Part shown: positions 9,746 through 19,691 of the stretch, one piece after another
Position numbering within the stretch: position 1 is the stretch's first letter
Layout: each line of letters opens with the position of its first letter
NCBI GenBank assembly: GCA_965209055.1
Contig: OZ242374.1
Span: 3,776,001 to 3,840,000 of the forward strand
Length of the DNA stretch: 64,000 bases
Source of the DNA: Acidobacteriota bacterium
GTDB lineage: Bacteria; Acidobacteriota; UBA6911; RPQK01; JAJDTT01
Direction of reading: 5' to 3'
Notes under the pieces: model-generated
What the model was told of the DNA's origin: nothing
Seen by the model: only the letters and a program-made list of their open reading frames with translations
The model's database searches: none
Program-made: the position numbers and the translations under genes

Positions 9746-10405
9746 TCAGGAAGCGCTTCTTGCCGTCCGGGATTCCAGCCATCCGATCAGTTGCGCCGAG
9801 GAGAGGCTGACCAGGAGGAAGAGGAGGCCGACCAGGGTCAGGGGCTCCAGGTACCGGAAACTCTCGGCGCCGATGAGCTTGGCCGTCTGGAGCAGTTCCT
9901 GAACCGTAATGGCAGCCAGGATGGGGGTCTCCTTGAACATGCCCACCAGGTAATTGCCCAGGGCCGGAACCATGGGAGGCACAGCCTGGGGCAGGATGAC
10001 CGACTTCCAGGTCTCCATCCAGCCCAGGTTCAGGGCCCGGGCGGCTTCCCACTGGCCGGATGGGACGTTGTCGATGCCGGCCCGGTAGACCTCGGCGGTA
10101 TAGGCGCTGTAGTGGAGCCCCAGGCCCAGGGCGCCGGTGACGAAGGGCGACCAGGAGACGCCGAACTCCGGCAGGACGTAAAAGAGGAAATAGACCTGCA
10201 CCAGCAGCGGCGTGCTGCGGACGAACTCCACGATCCACGTGGCCGGCCAGGCCAGAATGCGGCGGGAAGACCGGCGCATCAGGGCCCAGGCCAGACCCAG
10301 CACCAGCGCCAGGCTCATGCCCACCAGTGTGCATTGGAGCGTCACCAGGGCGGCTTGAAGCAGGGCGGGCAGGATCTCCAGGGCGAATCCCCAGTCGAAG
10401 ATCAC
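9746..10405 (-). CDS. ehuD: ectoine/hydroxyectoine-type polar amino acid ABC permease
   Basis: RSTPLLVQ, HYSAY.AEVYRAG, GQWEAARAL and MFKETP motifs. Confidence 0.85.
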   Translation of the reverse strand: MIFDWGFALEILPALLQAALVTLQCTLVGMSLALVLGLAWALMRRSSRRILAWPATWIVEFVRSTPLLVQVYFLFYVLPEFGVSWSPFVTGALGLGLHYSAYTAEVYRAGIDNVPSGQWEAARALNLGWMETWKSVILPQAVPPMVPALGNYLVGMFKETPILAAITVQELLQTAKLIGAESFRYLEPLTLVGLLFLLVSLSSAQLIGWLESRTARSAS

Positions 10406-11064
10406 GCCGCACCCCCGGAGTCCCGTCCCGCCGCCAACCTGGACTCCAGAAATCTCATTCCCCTCGCGATCACCTGGGCCAACAGGAAGTAGAGGACCAG
10501 AATCAGGGCGAAGATTTCGCCGGAACGCAGCGTGGACGTCCGGAGCGTCTGCCCCTGAAACGTGAGGTCCGCCAGGCTGATGAGGGAGACGAGGGCGGTT
10601 CCCTTGAGGAGTTCGATGAAGAGGTTCCCGAAGGGCGGAATCATGCGCAGCGCGGCCTGAGGCAGGATGATTCTCCAGAGGGTCTGGCCCCGGCTCAGGT
10701 TCAGGGCCCGGGCCGCGTCATACTGGGACCGGGACACATTGCGGATCGCCGACCGGACGATCTCCGATCCGTAGGAACCCAGATTCAGGCCCAGGACCAG
10801 GATTCCCACCGTCACCGCTTCGAGCCGGATTCCCAGCAGGGGAAGGGCGAAGAAGGCCCAGAAGAGCTGGACCAGCGCCGACGTCCCCCGAAAGACATCG
10901 ACGTAGAGGCGCGAGAATCCCCGGACCGACTTGCGCTCCGAGAGGCGGCCCAGTCCCGCCAGGAAGGAGGAAGCCAGCGCCACCACCGCGGCGCCGGCGG
11001 TGATCTGGAGCGTCACCAGGAGTCCCGTCAGGAGGCTGGGGAGAAGGTCCAGAGGCGGCGGCAT
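10402..11064 (-). CDS. ehuC: ectoine/hydroxyectoine-type ABC permease
   Basis: FRGTSALVQLFW, YGSEIVR and PPFGN..IELLKGT motifs. Confidence 0.85.
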   Translation of the reverse strand: MPPPLDLLPSLLTGLLVTLQITAGAAVVALASSFLAGLGRLSERKSVRGFSRLYVDVFRGTSALVQLFWAFFALPLLGIRLEAVTVGILVLGLNLGSYGSEIVRSAIRNVSRSQYDAARALNLSRGQTLWRIILPQAALRMIPPFGNLFIELLKGTALVSLISLADLTFQGQTLRTSTLRSGEIFALILVLYFLLAQVIARGMRFLESRLAAGRDSGGAA

Positions 11065-11079
11065 TGTGGTCGAAAAAGA

Positions 11080-11937
11080 TCAGCGAGCCACCGCGCAGAG
11101 CTCTTCCGCCGTCATTCCCGCGGGGAGCTCGGCTTCCGTAAATCCGAAGGCGCGAATCAACTCCAGGTGTTCGGGAGTTCCGATGAAGGCGGTGAGGTGG
11201 CGGTTGAACTCGTCCCGGTGCCTCTTGTCCTCTTTCCGGAAGCCGATCCCGCTGCAGGTGCGGGCCGGGAGTCCGGCTGCGCGGGGCTGCGCGAACGGGT
11301 CGATGGCCTCGAGTCCCGTGGCCGAGGGCTTGCGCAGCAGGTCCCGGTGGGCGGGCGCCGGCCCCGCATTGGCGTCCACCCGACCGGCCTGGAGGCCGGC
11401 CACGGCGCTGGGCTGGTCCGGAAAGATGAAGAGCCTTGACTCGGGAATGCCGGCGGCTCGGGCGAACATGAGCTCCACACCTCCGGCCACCACCCCCAGC
11501 CGGGCGCTCGCATGCCGGGTCACGTCCACGTAGCTGTGGAGATTCAGCGGATTGCCCTCCCGCACCAGCATTCCCTGGAGGATGCAGGAGAGGGGTTCGG
11601 AAAAGAGGATCTCCCGGCACCGGGGCGGCAGGATCCACATGCCGGCAGCGATCAGGTCGAAGCGTCCCGCCTTGAGCCCCGGGATGAGGGAGGCGAACTC
11701 GGTGATGACACCCTCGACGCGGGCGTATCCCATTGATTCCAGGACCCGGCGCGTCACCTCCACCGACTCGCCCGTCAGTTGTCCGGTCCGGTTGTCGTAG
11801 TACGCGAACGGCGCCTCGTTGGAGTAGCCGATGCGGACGGGTCCGGTCCCGTCGAAGCCTCCCGGCGGGTTTCCAGCGGAGCAACCCAGCAGCAGGAACG
11901 GCAACAGAGAGAAAAAGAGGGCCAAAGGGTTTTTCAT
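11080..11937 (-). CDS. ehuB: ectoine/hydroxyectoine-type ABC substrate-binding lipoprotein
   Basis: Lipobox LLLGC; NEAPFAY, LIPGLKAGRFD.IAAGM and P.RC motifs. Confidence 0.85.
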   Translation of the reverse strand: MKNPLALFFSLLPFLLLGCSAGNPPGGFDGTGPVRIGYSNEAPFAYYDNRTGQLTGESVEVTRRVLESMGYARVEGVITEFASLIPGLKAGRFDLIAAGMWILPPRCREILFSEPLSCILQGMLVREGNPLNLHSYVDVTRHASARLGVVAGGVELMFARAAGIPESRLFIFPDQPSAVAGLQAGRVDANAGPAPAHRDLLRKPSATGLEAIDPFAQPRAAGLPARTCSGIGFRKEDKRHRDEFNRHLTAFIGTPEHLELIRAFGFTEAELPAGMTAEELCAVAR

Positions 11938-12058
11938 GAATCCTGTCCGGACCGGCGGGCCGAAGTCTACCTTCCGGAGCGGAAAGGAGGAAAGAGGGAA
12001 AAAAGAGGACCTGCCGGTGCGCGAGAGTCGGGTTTGGGGCTGATAGACTGGGTTCGCC

Positions 12059-14089
12059 GTGGGAGACACGAAGAAACTCTCGTTTGAAGACGTCGTGGGG
12101 CGGGATCTGGACTGGGGCGGAGTGCGGACCCGGAGCGCGGGGCCGGAGGGCCAATTGCCCCTGACCGAGGAGATGCTGCTTCACGAGCCCAGCGGCAACC
12201 TCTTCGGTTGGACCCAGGACGTGGGGATGGGTTGGAGTCCCGGCAAGGTCGACCGGGATTCCTACCTGATCGTGAGCACCCAGGGCGGACTGCGGGACAG
12301 CGATGGGACTCCGCTGGCCCTGGGGTACCACACCGGGCATTGGGAGATCGGCCTGCTGGCGGCGGCCGCCGCCGGCGTCTTCCGGGACCAGGGGGCCCGT
12401 CCCTATGCGGCCTATTGCAGCGACCCCTGCGACGGCCGGAGCCAGGGGACGGAGGGGATGATGGACAGCCTCCCCTACCGCAACGACGCCGCCGTGGTCC
12501 TGAGGCGGCTGGTGAGGTCCCTCCCGACCCGGCAGGGCGTCCTGGGAATCGGGACCTGCGACAAGGGGTTGCCGGCCGTCCTCATGGCGCTGGCGGGCTG
12601 CGCCGAGCTGCCGGGAGTGATCGTCCCCGGCGGCGTGACCCTGCCTCCGACCAACGGGGAAGACGCGGGAACGGTCCAGACCATCGGCGCCCGTTTCGCC
12701 CACGGACTCATCAGCCTGCAGGACGCCGCCGCCATGGGGTGCCGGGCCTGCGCCTCTCCGGGGGGCGGCTGCCAGTTCCTGGGGACGGCGGCCACCGCGC
12801 AGGTGGTGGCCGAGGGACTGGGAATGGCTCTGCCTCACACGGCCCTGAGTCCGTCGGGGCAGCCGGTCTGGCTGGACGCGGCCCGGCGGTCGGCCCTGGC
12901 GCTCATGCGGCTCAGGGAACGGGGTCTGCCCCTCTCCCGGATCCTGACTCCAGCGGCTCTGGAAAACGCCATGCTGGTCCATGCGGCTTTCGGGGGCTCC
13001 ACCAACCTGCTGCTCCATATTCCGGCCATCGCACACGCCGCCGGTCTGGAACCGCCCCGGGTTGAGGACTGGAACCGGGTCAACCGAAGCACGCCCCGCC
13101 TCGTGGACGCCCTGCCCAACGGGCCCCGCAACCATCCCACCATCCAGGTCTTCCTGGCCGGCGGAGTGCCGGAAGTGATGCTCCACCTTCGGGACCTGGG
13201 CCTCCTGAACCTGGAAGCGAGGACCACGACGGGCGAGAAGCTGGGAACGGTGCTGGACTGGTGGCGAGACAGCCGAAGGCGGCGGGACAGCCGCCGGGTC
13301 CTGCAGGACTCCGGCGAGGCGGACGTGGACCGGATCATCATGGACCCGGATACGGCCCGCCGGAACGGACTCACCAGCACTGTCGTCTTTCCTTCGGGAA
13401 ATCTGGCGCCCGAGGGTTCGGTGATCAAGGCCACCGCCATCGATCCGAGCCTGGTGGACGAGCGCCAGGTCTACCGGCACCGCGGACCGGCCCGGGTCTT
13501 CTGCTCGGAGCGGGAGGCCGTGCGGGCCATCAAGGGCCTGGGGTCCCGGCCCATCCGGTCGGGCGACGTCCTGGTCCTGGCCGGCCTGGGACCTTCAGGG
13601 ACCGGCATGGAGGAGATCTACCAGGTCACCTCGGCCCTCAAGTTCATTCCCTGGGGCAAGACGGTGCCCGTCGTCACCGATGCCCGCTTCTCGGGGGTGT
13701 CCACCGGCCCCTGTATCGGCCATGTGGGACCGGAAGCGCTGGCCGGCGGACCCATCGGCCGTGTCCGGGACGGGGACCTGCTGGAACTGGTCATCGACCG
13801 TCGGCGGCTGGAGGGCCGGATCAACTTCCTGGGACCCGAAGGGGAAGAGGTCCCCGAGTCTGAAGCCGACGGAATTATCGCGGGAAGGGAACTGCATCCC
13901 GAGCTCGCCCCTCATCCCCGCCTGCCCGCTGAGACCCGGCTCTGGGCGGCGCTCCAGTCGGCCAGCGGCGGAGCCTGGCAGGGTTGCGTCTACGACGTGG
14001 ATCGGATCGTGCAGCTCCTGGAGGCGGGCCGCCGGGCGATTGGAGAAGGGGAGGCTCCGGACCCCCCTGGAATTGGCGCCGAAAATTGA
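12059..14089 (+). CDS. YjhG/YagF family D-xylonate dehydratase (IlvD/Edd family)
   Basis: [57 protein letters not shown] and TDARFSGVS motifs. Confidence 0.92.
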   Translation: MGDTKKLSFEDVVGRDLDWGGVRTRSAGPEGQLPLTEEMLLHEPSGNLFGWTQDVGMGWSPGKVDRDSYLIVSTQGGLRDSDGTPLALGYHTGHWEIGLLAAAAAGVFRDQGARPYAAYCSDPCDGRSQGTEGMMDSLPYRNDAAVVLRRLVRSLPTRQGVLGIGTCDKGLPAVLMALAGCAELPGVIVPGGVTLPPTNGEDAGTVQTIGARFAHGLISLQDAAAMGCRACASPGGGCQFLGTAATAQVVAEGLGMALPHTALSPSGQPVWLDAARRSALALMRLRERGLPLSRILTPAALENAMLVHAAFGGSTNLLLHIPAIAHAAGLEPPRVEDWNRVNRSTPRLVDALPNGPRNHPTIQVFLAGGVPEVMLHLRDLGLLNLEARTTTGEKLGTVLDWWRDSRRRRDSRRVLQDSGEADVDRIIMDPDTARRNGLTSTVVFPSGNLAPEGSVIKATAIDPSLVDERQVYRHRGPARVFCSEREAVRAIKGLGSRPIRSGDVLVLAGLGPSGTGMEEIYQVTSALKFIPWGKTVPVVTDARFSGVSTGPCIGHVGPEALAGGPIGRVRDGDLLELVIDRRRLEGRINFLGPEGEEVPESEADGIIAGRELHPELAPHPRLPAETRLWAALQSASGGAWQGCVYDVDRIVQLLEAGRRAIGEGEAPDPPGIGAEN

Positions 14090-14130
14090 ACGGAACAACC
14101 CCTCCCCTCGTGCAATAAGCCAGCAGCGAC

Positions 14131-14928
14131 ATGAAGATCCTCGTAATCGCGGGTCCGAACGGAGCCGGCAAGACGACGTTTGCACGGGACTACCTTAAGC
14201 GTGAGGGGGGCAAGCGGCCCTTCGTGAACGGCGACGACATTGCGGCGAAGCTTCGTCCAGATGAGCCCGCCGCAGTTGCGCAGACGGCGGGGAGGTTGGC
14301 GTTGCGCGAGATGGAGGCCCACGTCGCCACTGGCGAGGACTTCGCAACCGAGACCACCCTCAGCGGCCGAGCCTACGCCAAGAGGATCCGGCGGTGGCAG
14401 TCCGCCGGATATCGGGTCGCCATCATCTACCTTCGGTTGCCGAGCGCGGATCACTCAGTTGCGCGGGTCGCCCGCCGCGTTCGCGAAGGAGGTCACCACA
14501 TTCCGGAGCACGTGATCCGCCGGCGCTTCGAGCGGAGCTGGAGGAATTTCCGCGACCTTTACCAGAAGGTTGTGGACGACTGGCGGGTGTACGACAATTC
14601 CGGCGAGGTTCCGGTTTTGCTGTCGGAGTCCGAGGAATGGAATGCGGTTCACGAGCCGGGTACGGAGTGGCGGCCATCACGCCCCAGGCAGCAATCCACA
14701 GATTCAAGGAGACTACAGATGACCCAGCAGCCGGGCAGGTTTCCAGAAGGCGAACCATCGGCCAAGAGCATTATGGCCGCCCTCGTCCGCGCACGGAAAA
14801 CGGCGATGCGCAGGGTAGCCGAATACGAAGCCAAGGAAGCTGCGAAGGCAGCGGCGGAAGCGCGGGGCGGCGCCGGTGAAGAGCAGTTGACTCAACCCGT
14901 CGCCGAAGGCGAGCCCGTTGGCAGTTGA
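14131..14928 (+). CDS. zeta-toxin-like P-loop ATPase/kinase with C-terminal extension
   Basis: IAGPNGAGKTT Walker A; ETTLSG, RVARRVREGGH.IPE and DNS motifs; about 75 extra C-terminal residues. Confidence 0.85.
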   Translation: MKILVIAGPNGAGKTTFARDYLKREGGKRPFVNGDDIAAKLRPDEPAAVAQTAGRLALREMEAHVATGEDFATETTLSGRAYAKRIRRWQSAGYRVAIIYLRLPSADHSVARVARRVREGGHHIPEHVIRRRFERSWRNFRDLYQKVVDDWRVYDNSGEVPVLLSESEEWNAVHEPGTEWRPSRPRQQSTDSRRLQMTQQPGRFPEGEPSAKSIMAALVRARKTAMRRVAEYEAKEAAKAAAEARGGAGEEQLTQPVAEGEPVGS

Positions 14929-15006
14929 GAACACCCGCCAACTTTTCAACGAGGCGCGGAGCTACGCGCAACTGCTTCGCGACGACGGCCCTTCCTTTTG
15001 AAGATG
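14918..15006 (+). pseudogene. possible remnant of a type I restriction-modification HsdM N-terminus
   Basis: TTG-start peptide MAVENTRQLFNEARSYAQLLRDDG, followed in a shifted frame by FLLKM; resembles the HsdM N-terminal LRDDG...LLFLKM pattern. Confidence 0.45.
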
Positions 15007-15026
15007 GGAGTCCTGCCCATCCTGGA

Positions 15027-15983
15027 TCAGCGACGCCCGTCCAGGCTCCCGTTCCAGGGAGGGACCACGACCGTCACGTCCCCGTAGCACTTGGACTGGC
15101 AGGCCAGCCGGATCACGGGGTGGGATTCGGTGTGGGAAGAGGAGTCAAGGTACCCGAAGTAATTCAGGCGCCGGCGCTCGTGTGCGCTCACCTCGACGAT
15201 TTTCTCCCGGCCGCTCAGAACGCCGATCCAGCAGTACCCGCATGAGGCGACCCGGCATTCGGCCGGGATCGGTCCGGCGATGCACCGGTGGTCCCGGGTC
15301 TGGTAGTCCCGTTCATCCCCGGCGGAGGCGGAGGAAAGGTCCTGTCCCTCGATGCAGGAGAAGGTGGCGTCCCGCTTCGATTCGTCGAATCGCACCGTGA
15401 ACTTGCGGTTGACGGTGCGGAGGAATCCGAAGAGTCCCTGACTCGTCGTTCGGGATCGCTGTTTGAGGATCTTTGCGGCAGAGGGCCGCTTGGTGCGGGA
15501 CGATCCGGAAGCGGAGCCGTTTCTGAAGGGTTGCTCGCCCACTTGCTGGAAGGCCATGAAACCGACCGCGGAGATTCCCAGCAGGAGCGATGCCTCAACC
15601 TTGAGCTGAGACGCGACGCCGCCCGCCAGACTGCGAATCTCGTTCCCGAGGCTCTCCAGGTTCCGGCCGGGAGCCGATTCACTCCGCTCCAGAAGGGCCG
15701 CCTTGACCCGGTCCCAGTAAATCGATCCGAACAGGAAGTCGACGGACTCGTCCAACTGGTGCTCCAGCCGGTAGCGGCCGTCCAGGAGATACTGCTGCGC
15801 CGTTGCCGCCTCGTCGGTGGACTCCCGCAGGATCCGCTGGAGTTTCAGAGGCCAGAAGCCGAACCAGATCCGGGTCGCTTCCCGATCCACGGGATGAAGC
15901 GAGGGCTCCAGGTCCGCCAGCACTTCGTCCCATGTCGGTTCGTCATGCAGGTTCAAGAAGGCTCGAAACGCATCCATGTCCAT
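15027..15983 (-). CDS. protein with C-terminal 2Fe-2S ferredoxin domain and uncharacterised N-terminal domain
   Basis: CRVASCGYC (C-x4-C-x2-C) plus distal RLACQ. Confidence 0.8.
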   Translation of the reverse strand: MDMDAFRAFLNLHDEPTWDEVLADLEPSLHPVDREATRIWFGFWPLKLQRILRESTDEAATAQQYLLDGRYRLEHQLDESVDFLFGSIYWDRVKAALLERSESAPGRNLESLGNEIRSLAGGVASQLKVEASLLLGISAVGFMAFQQVGEQPFRNGSASGSSRTKRPSAAKILKQRSRTTSQGLFGFLRTVNRKFTVRFDESKRDATFSCIEGQDLSSASAGDERDYQTRDHRCIAGPIPAECRVASCGYCWIGVLSGREKIVEVSAHERRRLNYFGYLDSSSHTESHPVIRLACQSKCYGDVTVVVPPWNGSLDGRR

Positions 15984-16125
15984 TTTGCGGCGGCCATGAT
16001 ACCGCAGTTCCGTCGTTGAAGCAGTTCTCCGGCCTCGCGAGGTACACGCCATCGTGATTCGTCGTGACTTGGCCTGATGCCGGGATTTCGATAGAGTTTC
16101 GACTTCTCACGGAGAAATCCATCCG

Positions 16126-17670
16126 ATGCTGCACTATCTGAGGTGGCCCGATTTTGTGGTCATCTGCCTGAACCTGGGAGCCATGATCGCCATCGGGATC
16201 TACACCTCCCGCCGCAGCAAGTCGTCGGAAGCCTACTTCCTGGCCGGCCGCAGCATGCCCGGTTGGGTGGTGGGGATCTCCCTGATGTCCACCATCATCA
16301 GTTCCATGACCTTCCTGGCCATGCCCGGGTTCGCCTACCAGGGGGACTGGCGTTACGTCCCCGGGCACATGACCTACCTCATCGCCAACCTTGCGGCGCT
16401 GTTTCTGTTCATGCCCTTCTTCCGGGCCGGCCGGTTCCCGTCGGCCTACGCCTACCTGGAGCGCCGCTTCGGCACCTGGGCCCGGCTCTACGCCGGCGCC
16501 GGTTTCATCCTCTTCCAGGTGTTCCGTCTGGGGGTCATCCTCTACGCCGTCTCGCTGGCCATCGAGACCCTCAGCGGATTTCCGCTCCCCCTCATCATCG
16601 TGGTCTTCGGCGTCCTGGTGGCCTTCTACACCACGGCCGGCGGACTGGAGGCGGTGATCTGGACCGATGTGCTCCAGGGGGTGGCCCTGGTGGGAGGCGG
16701 GCTCCTGTGCGTGCCGGTGGTGGCCACGCTCCTTCCGGGAGGGTTGGAGCAGATCCTGACCGAGGCATCTGCGGCCGGGAAATTCTCCATCGGAGACACT
16801 CATTTCTCCTGGGACGAGAAGACGCTCTGGGTCACGACGCTGCTCTACTTCTTCCTCTTCCTCCAGATCATGAGCACCGACCAGATGACGGTCCAACGCT
16901 ACTCCGCCATGAAGACGGACCGCGAAGCCCGGAAAGGGGTCATCCTGGGCGCCTTCTCCACGATTTCGGTCTGGTGCTATTTCACCTTTGTGGGAACCGC
17001 CCTCTACGTCTTCTACAATCACTTCCCGGCCCCGGAGTTGTCCGGTATGGCGCCCGAGCAGGTCTTTCCCTTCTTCATCCTCACCCAGATGCCGGCCGGT
17101 CTGGCCGGGCTGATCGTCTCGGGTCTGCTGGCCGCGGCCATGTCCACCCTCGACTCCAGCATCAACGCCTCCTCCGCCACCGTGACCACCGACTTCTACC
17201 GGCGGCTGGTGGCGCCGGACCGGGACGAGGCGCACTACGTCACGGTGGGCCGCTGGCTCTCGGTGGTCTTCGGGGCGGTCATGATCGGTGCTGCGCTGAC
17301 CATCTACCTCACCCGCACCGAGACCCTGATGGACCTCCAGAGCCTCCTCATGTCCATTCTCAGCGGCGGACTGCTGGGACTCTTCCTGCTGGGTTTCCTC
17401 ACTCGCCGGGTGGACAGCCGGTCGGCCGCCGCGGCCACCGTCTTCGTCGTGGCCGGTGTCTGTCTCTGGGTCTTCGTGGGCAGCGAGACGGGCGCCCGAA
17501 TCTGGCCGGCGCTGGCCGGGTTCTTTCCCGACCGGTTCTGGATCATCGTCCTGGCCAACCTGGCACTGCTGGGTTTGGGATACCTGATCAGCTGGCTCCC
17601 GCGGAAGAGCCCGGTCCGGGACCTGACGAATCTCACCGTCTGGACTCAGAAAAAGCGACCGTCAGGTTAG
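16126..17670 (+). CDS. sodium:solute symporter (SSS)
   Basis: YFLAGRSMP, YLERRF, GGLEAVIWTDVLQ, DQ..VQRY and AAAMSTLDS motifs; many TM helices. Confidence 0.93.
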   Translation: MLHYLRWPDFVVICLNLGAMIAIGIYTSRRSKSSEAYFLAGRSMPGWVVGISLMSTIISSMTFLAMPGFAYQGDWRYVPGHMTYLIANLAALFLFMPFFRAGRFPSAYAYLERRFGTWARLYAGAGFILFQVFRLGVILYAVSLAIETLSGFPLPLIIVVFGVLVAFYTTAGGLEAVIWTDVLQGVALVGGGLLCVPVVATLLPGGLEQILTEASAAGKFSIGDTHFSWDEKTLWVTTLLYFFLFLQIMSTDQMTVQRYSAMKTDREARKGVILGAFSTISVWCYFTFVGTALYVFYNHFPAPELSGMAPEQVFPFFILTQMPAGLAGLIVSGLLAAAMSTLDSSINASSATVTTDFYRRLVAPDRDEAHYVTVGRWLSVVFGAVMIGAALTIYLTRTETLMDLQSLLMSILSGGLLGLFLLGFLTRRVDSRSAAAATVFVVAGVCLWVFVGSETGARIWPALAGFFPDRFWIIVLANLALLGLGYLISWLPRKSPVRDLTNLTVWTQKKRPSG

Positions 17671-17680
17671 GACGAAAAGT

Positions 17681-17705
17681 GGGCGCCCACGAGGGGTGTC
17701 CCTAC
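17681..17705. repeat. GTAG-footed REP-like hairpin overlapping the DUF6178 stop codon
   Basis: Minus strand GTAGGGACACCCCTCGTGGGCGCCC; related copy at 27542-27563. Confidence 0.65.
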
Positions 17706-18976
17706 GGTTCCTGGGCCGCCCCCAGGTACCGGTCGGCCCGTTCCAGGTCCGACCGGTTCTTGAGGAAGCGCCGCCGCCGCTTTTTCCGGATCTCCACCAG
17801 CAGGAGCGGATAGTTTCGGGACAGTTCCGCCAGGGCGTCAGCCAGAGGCGACCCGGCTTCGAGGGAGTCCCGCGCCCGGATCTTTCGGGCCCGGTCGCGC
17901 AGTTCCACCAACCGGCTGTAGCCCGTGTGGAAGAAGGACTGCAGGTAGTGGCGCCCGAGTCCGTCCCGGGCCCGGTTCAAGTCTCCTTCGGCCCAGACCT
18001 CCAGTCCCAGGTTGATGCCGGTGAGCGCCTTGCGGATCGCCCGCTTGACCCGGGAGGTCCGGTTGGGAGGGATGAGGTCGGCGGAGAGGATCTTGTTGCA
18101 GACGAAGAACAGCTCCTCCAACAGCGGTTCCAGCTCGTGGGGCCGGGCGAAGGCGGCCATGGCCTGGAAAAGGAGGAGGGGACCCTGCTTCATCCGGGCC
18201 ACTGGTGCGGGCAGGGTGCCTACGGCTCGCAGCTGGTCCCGCATTTTCTCCGGAAGCGGCGTTCCCGGAGGCAGATAGGCATACACGTCCAGGGCGTCGA
18301 AGTAGTCCTGGAAACCCAGGTCCTCGATCCGCCGTTTCCGATTCTGATAGGCGGCCTCCTCCAGTTCGATAGAAGTGCGGTAGCGGGATTCCTGGATCCA
18401 GAGGCGGGTCTCCTCCGGGCCCAGCTCGTACAGCTTCAAAAGCAGGGCGCGGGCGAGCCGGGATTCCTCCGGATTCCTGGGCAACTGGATCAGGTAGGAG
18501 CGGTCCGGGGTCTCCATGAAGTCCCCGTCTGGAGCGGGACCCGGATCGTCGTCCACGATCTCCTCGATCCTGATCCGGCGTTTGAGCCAGAGTTCCAGGA
18601 GTTGCCGGTCGGTGCCCCGGACGATTTTGGCGGCCACCGGGTTCTCGGTTTGGACGATCTGTGCCGCCCAGAAGAGGAACTTCCCGGCGTTGGCGCGGTC
18701 GCGGTTCCAGAGGTCCAGGTCCAGAACGCCCTGCCACTGCGCCTCGGTGATGTGGGGCAACAGCGCCTGGATGCGGTGCTCGCCCAACTCCTTGAGTCCG
18801 AAATAGAGCTGGGGGACGGAAAGGCGCCGAATCCGGGAGCGGTTCTCCGCGGTCTCCAGAAGACCGGCCAGGTCCACCGGGGCGTAGCAGGTCCGGTAGA
18901 TGAGTTCGGAAGGACGGCGGAGCCCCACGGAAGCCAGGGCGGATGCTTTCGGATCCTGATCAGTCACGTGCGTCAT
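17702..18976 (-). CDS. DUF6178-like hypothetical protein
   Basis: LDLDLW..D, ELEE.AY..R..RIEDLGF.DY.DAL and INLGLE patterns. Confidence 0.7.
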   Translation of the reverse strand: MTHVTDQDPKASALASVGLRRPSELIYRTCYAPVDLAGLLETAENRSRIRRLSVPQLYFGLKELGEHRIQALLPHITEAQWQGVLDLDLWNRDRANAGKFLFWAAQIVQTENPVAAKIVRGTDRQLLELWLKRRIRIEEIVDDDPGPAPDGDFMETPDRSYLIQLPRNPEESRLARALLLKLYELGPEETRLWIQESRYRTSIELEEAAYQNRKRRIEDLGFQDYFDALDVYAYLPPGTPLPEKMRDQLRAVGTLPAPVARMKQGPLLLFQAMAAFARPHELEPLLEELFFVCNKILSADLIPPNRTSRVKRAIRKALTGINLGLEVWAEGDLNRARDGLGRHYLQSFFHTGYSRLVELRDRARKIRARDSLEAGSPLADALAELSRNYPLLLVEIRKKRRRRFLKNRSDLERADRYLGAAQEP

Positions 18977-18990
18977 TATACGGGAGAGCG

Positions 18991-19659
18991 TTACCGGCTC
19001 CCGGTCTGTTTGGCCGCCAGGTTGTGGGCTTGCCGGATCGGCTCCGGGAGCCGGTAGCGGGGGGTGACGGCTCGGGTCCAGTTCACGCAGGCTTCCAGGG
19101 GCAGCCCGTATCCCACCGAGACGAAGACGGGCCGGACCCCGGTGCGAGTGCGCAGGACCACGCCCAGAAGTTCGTGCCCGTCCAGCAGCGGGCTGAGCGA
19201 TCCCTTGGTCGATCCCGGTTCCTCGTATTCGCCGCAGAGGCGGGTTTTGCCCACGCCGATGGTGGGAATCCCGAGCCACAGGCCCAGGTGGCAGGCGATT
19301 CCGAATCGCCGGGGATGAGCCCGTCCGTGACCGTCCACCAGGATCATCTCCGGCGGCGCCGAGAGCCGGTCCAGGGCCTTCAGGATTGGAGGCAGTTCCC
19401 GAAAGCTCAGCAATCCGGGGACGTACGGGAAGGGCGTGGGTGTGGTGGCCACCACCGATTCCACGAGTTCCAGGGAGGGGAAGGCAAGGACCGCGACGGT
19501 GGCGACGGAGAGGCCGAGCGGGCGGCTGTATCCGACGTCCACGCCGGCGATTTTTCCCGGGTCAGGCAAGGGAAGATCGGTATGGATGCGGGAGCGGAGC
19601 CGCTTCTGGAGTTGGACCGCCTCCTTTGGAGTGAGGTCCCACGAGTGCAGCGGTTCCAT
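18991..19659 (-). CDS. nfi: endonuclease V (deoxyinosine 3' endonuclease)
   Basis: AGVDVGY, PYVPGLLSFRE, VDGHGRAHPRRFG, IGVGKT and YRLPEPIRQAH motifs. Confidence 0.96.
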   Translation of the reverse strand: MEPLHSWDLTPKEAVQLQKRLRSRIHTDLPLPDPGKIAGVDVGYSRPLGLSVATVAVLAFPSLELVESVVATTPTPFPYVPGLLSFRELPPILKALDRLSAPPEMILVDGHGRAHPRRFGIACHLGLWLGIPTIGVGKTRLCGEYEEPGSTKGSLSPLLDGHELLGVVLRTRTGVRPVFVSVGYGLPLEACVNWTRAVTPRYRLPEPIRQAHNLAAKQTGSR

Positions 19660-19691
19660 GCAACGGGCTCCGGGTCGAATTGGGGACCGCT

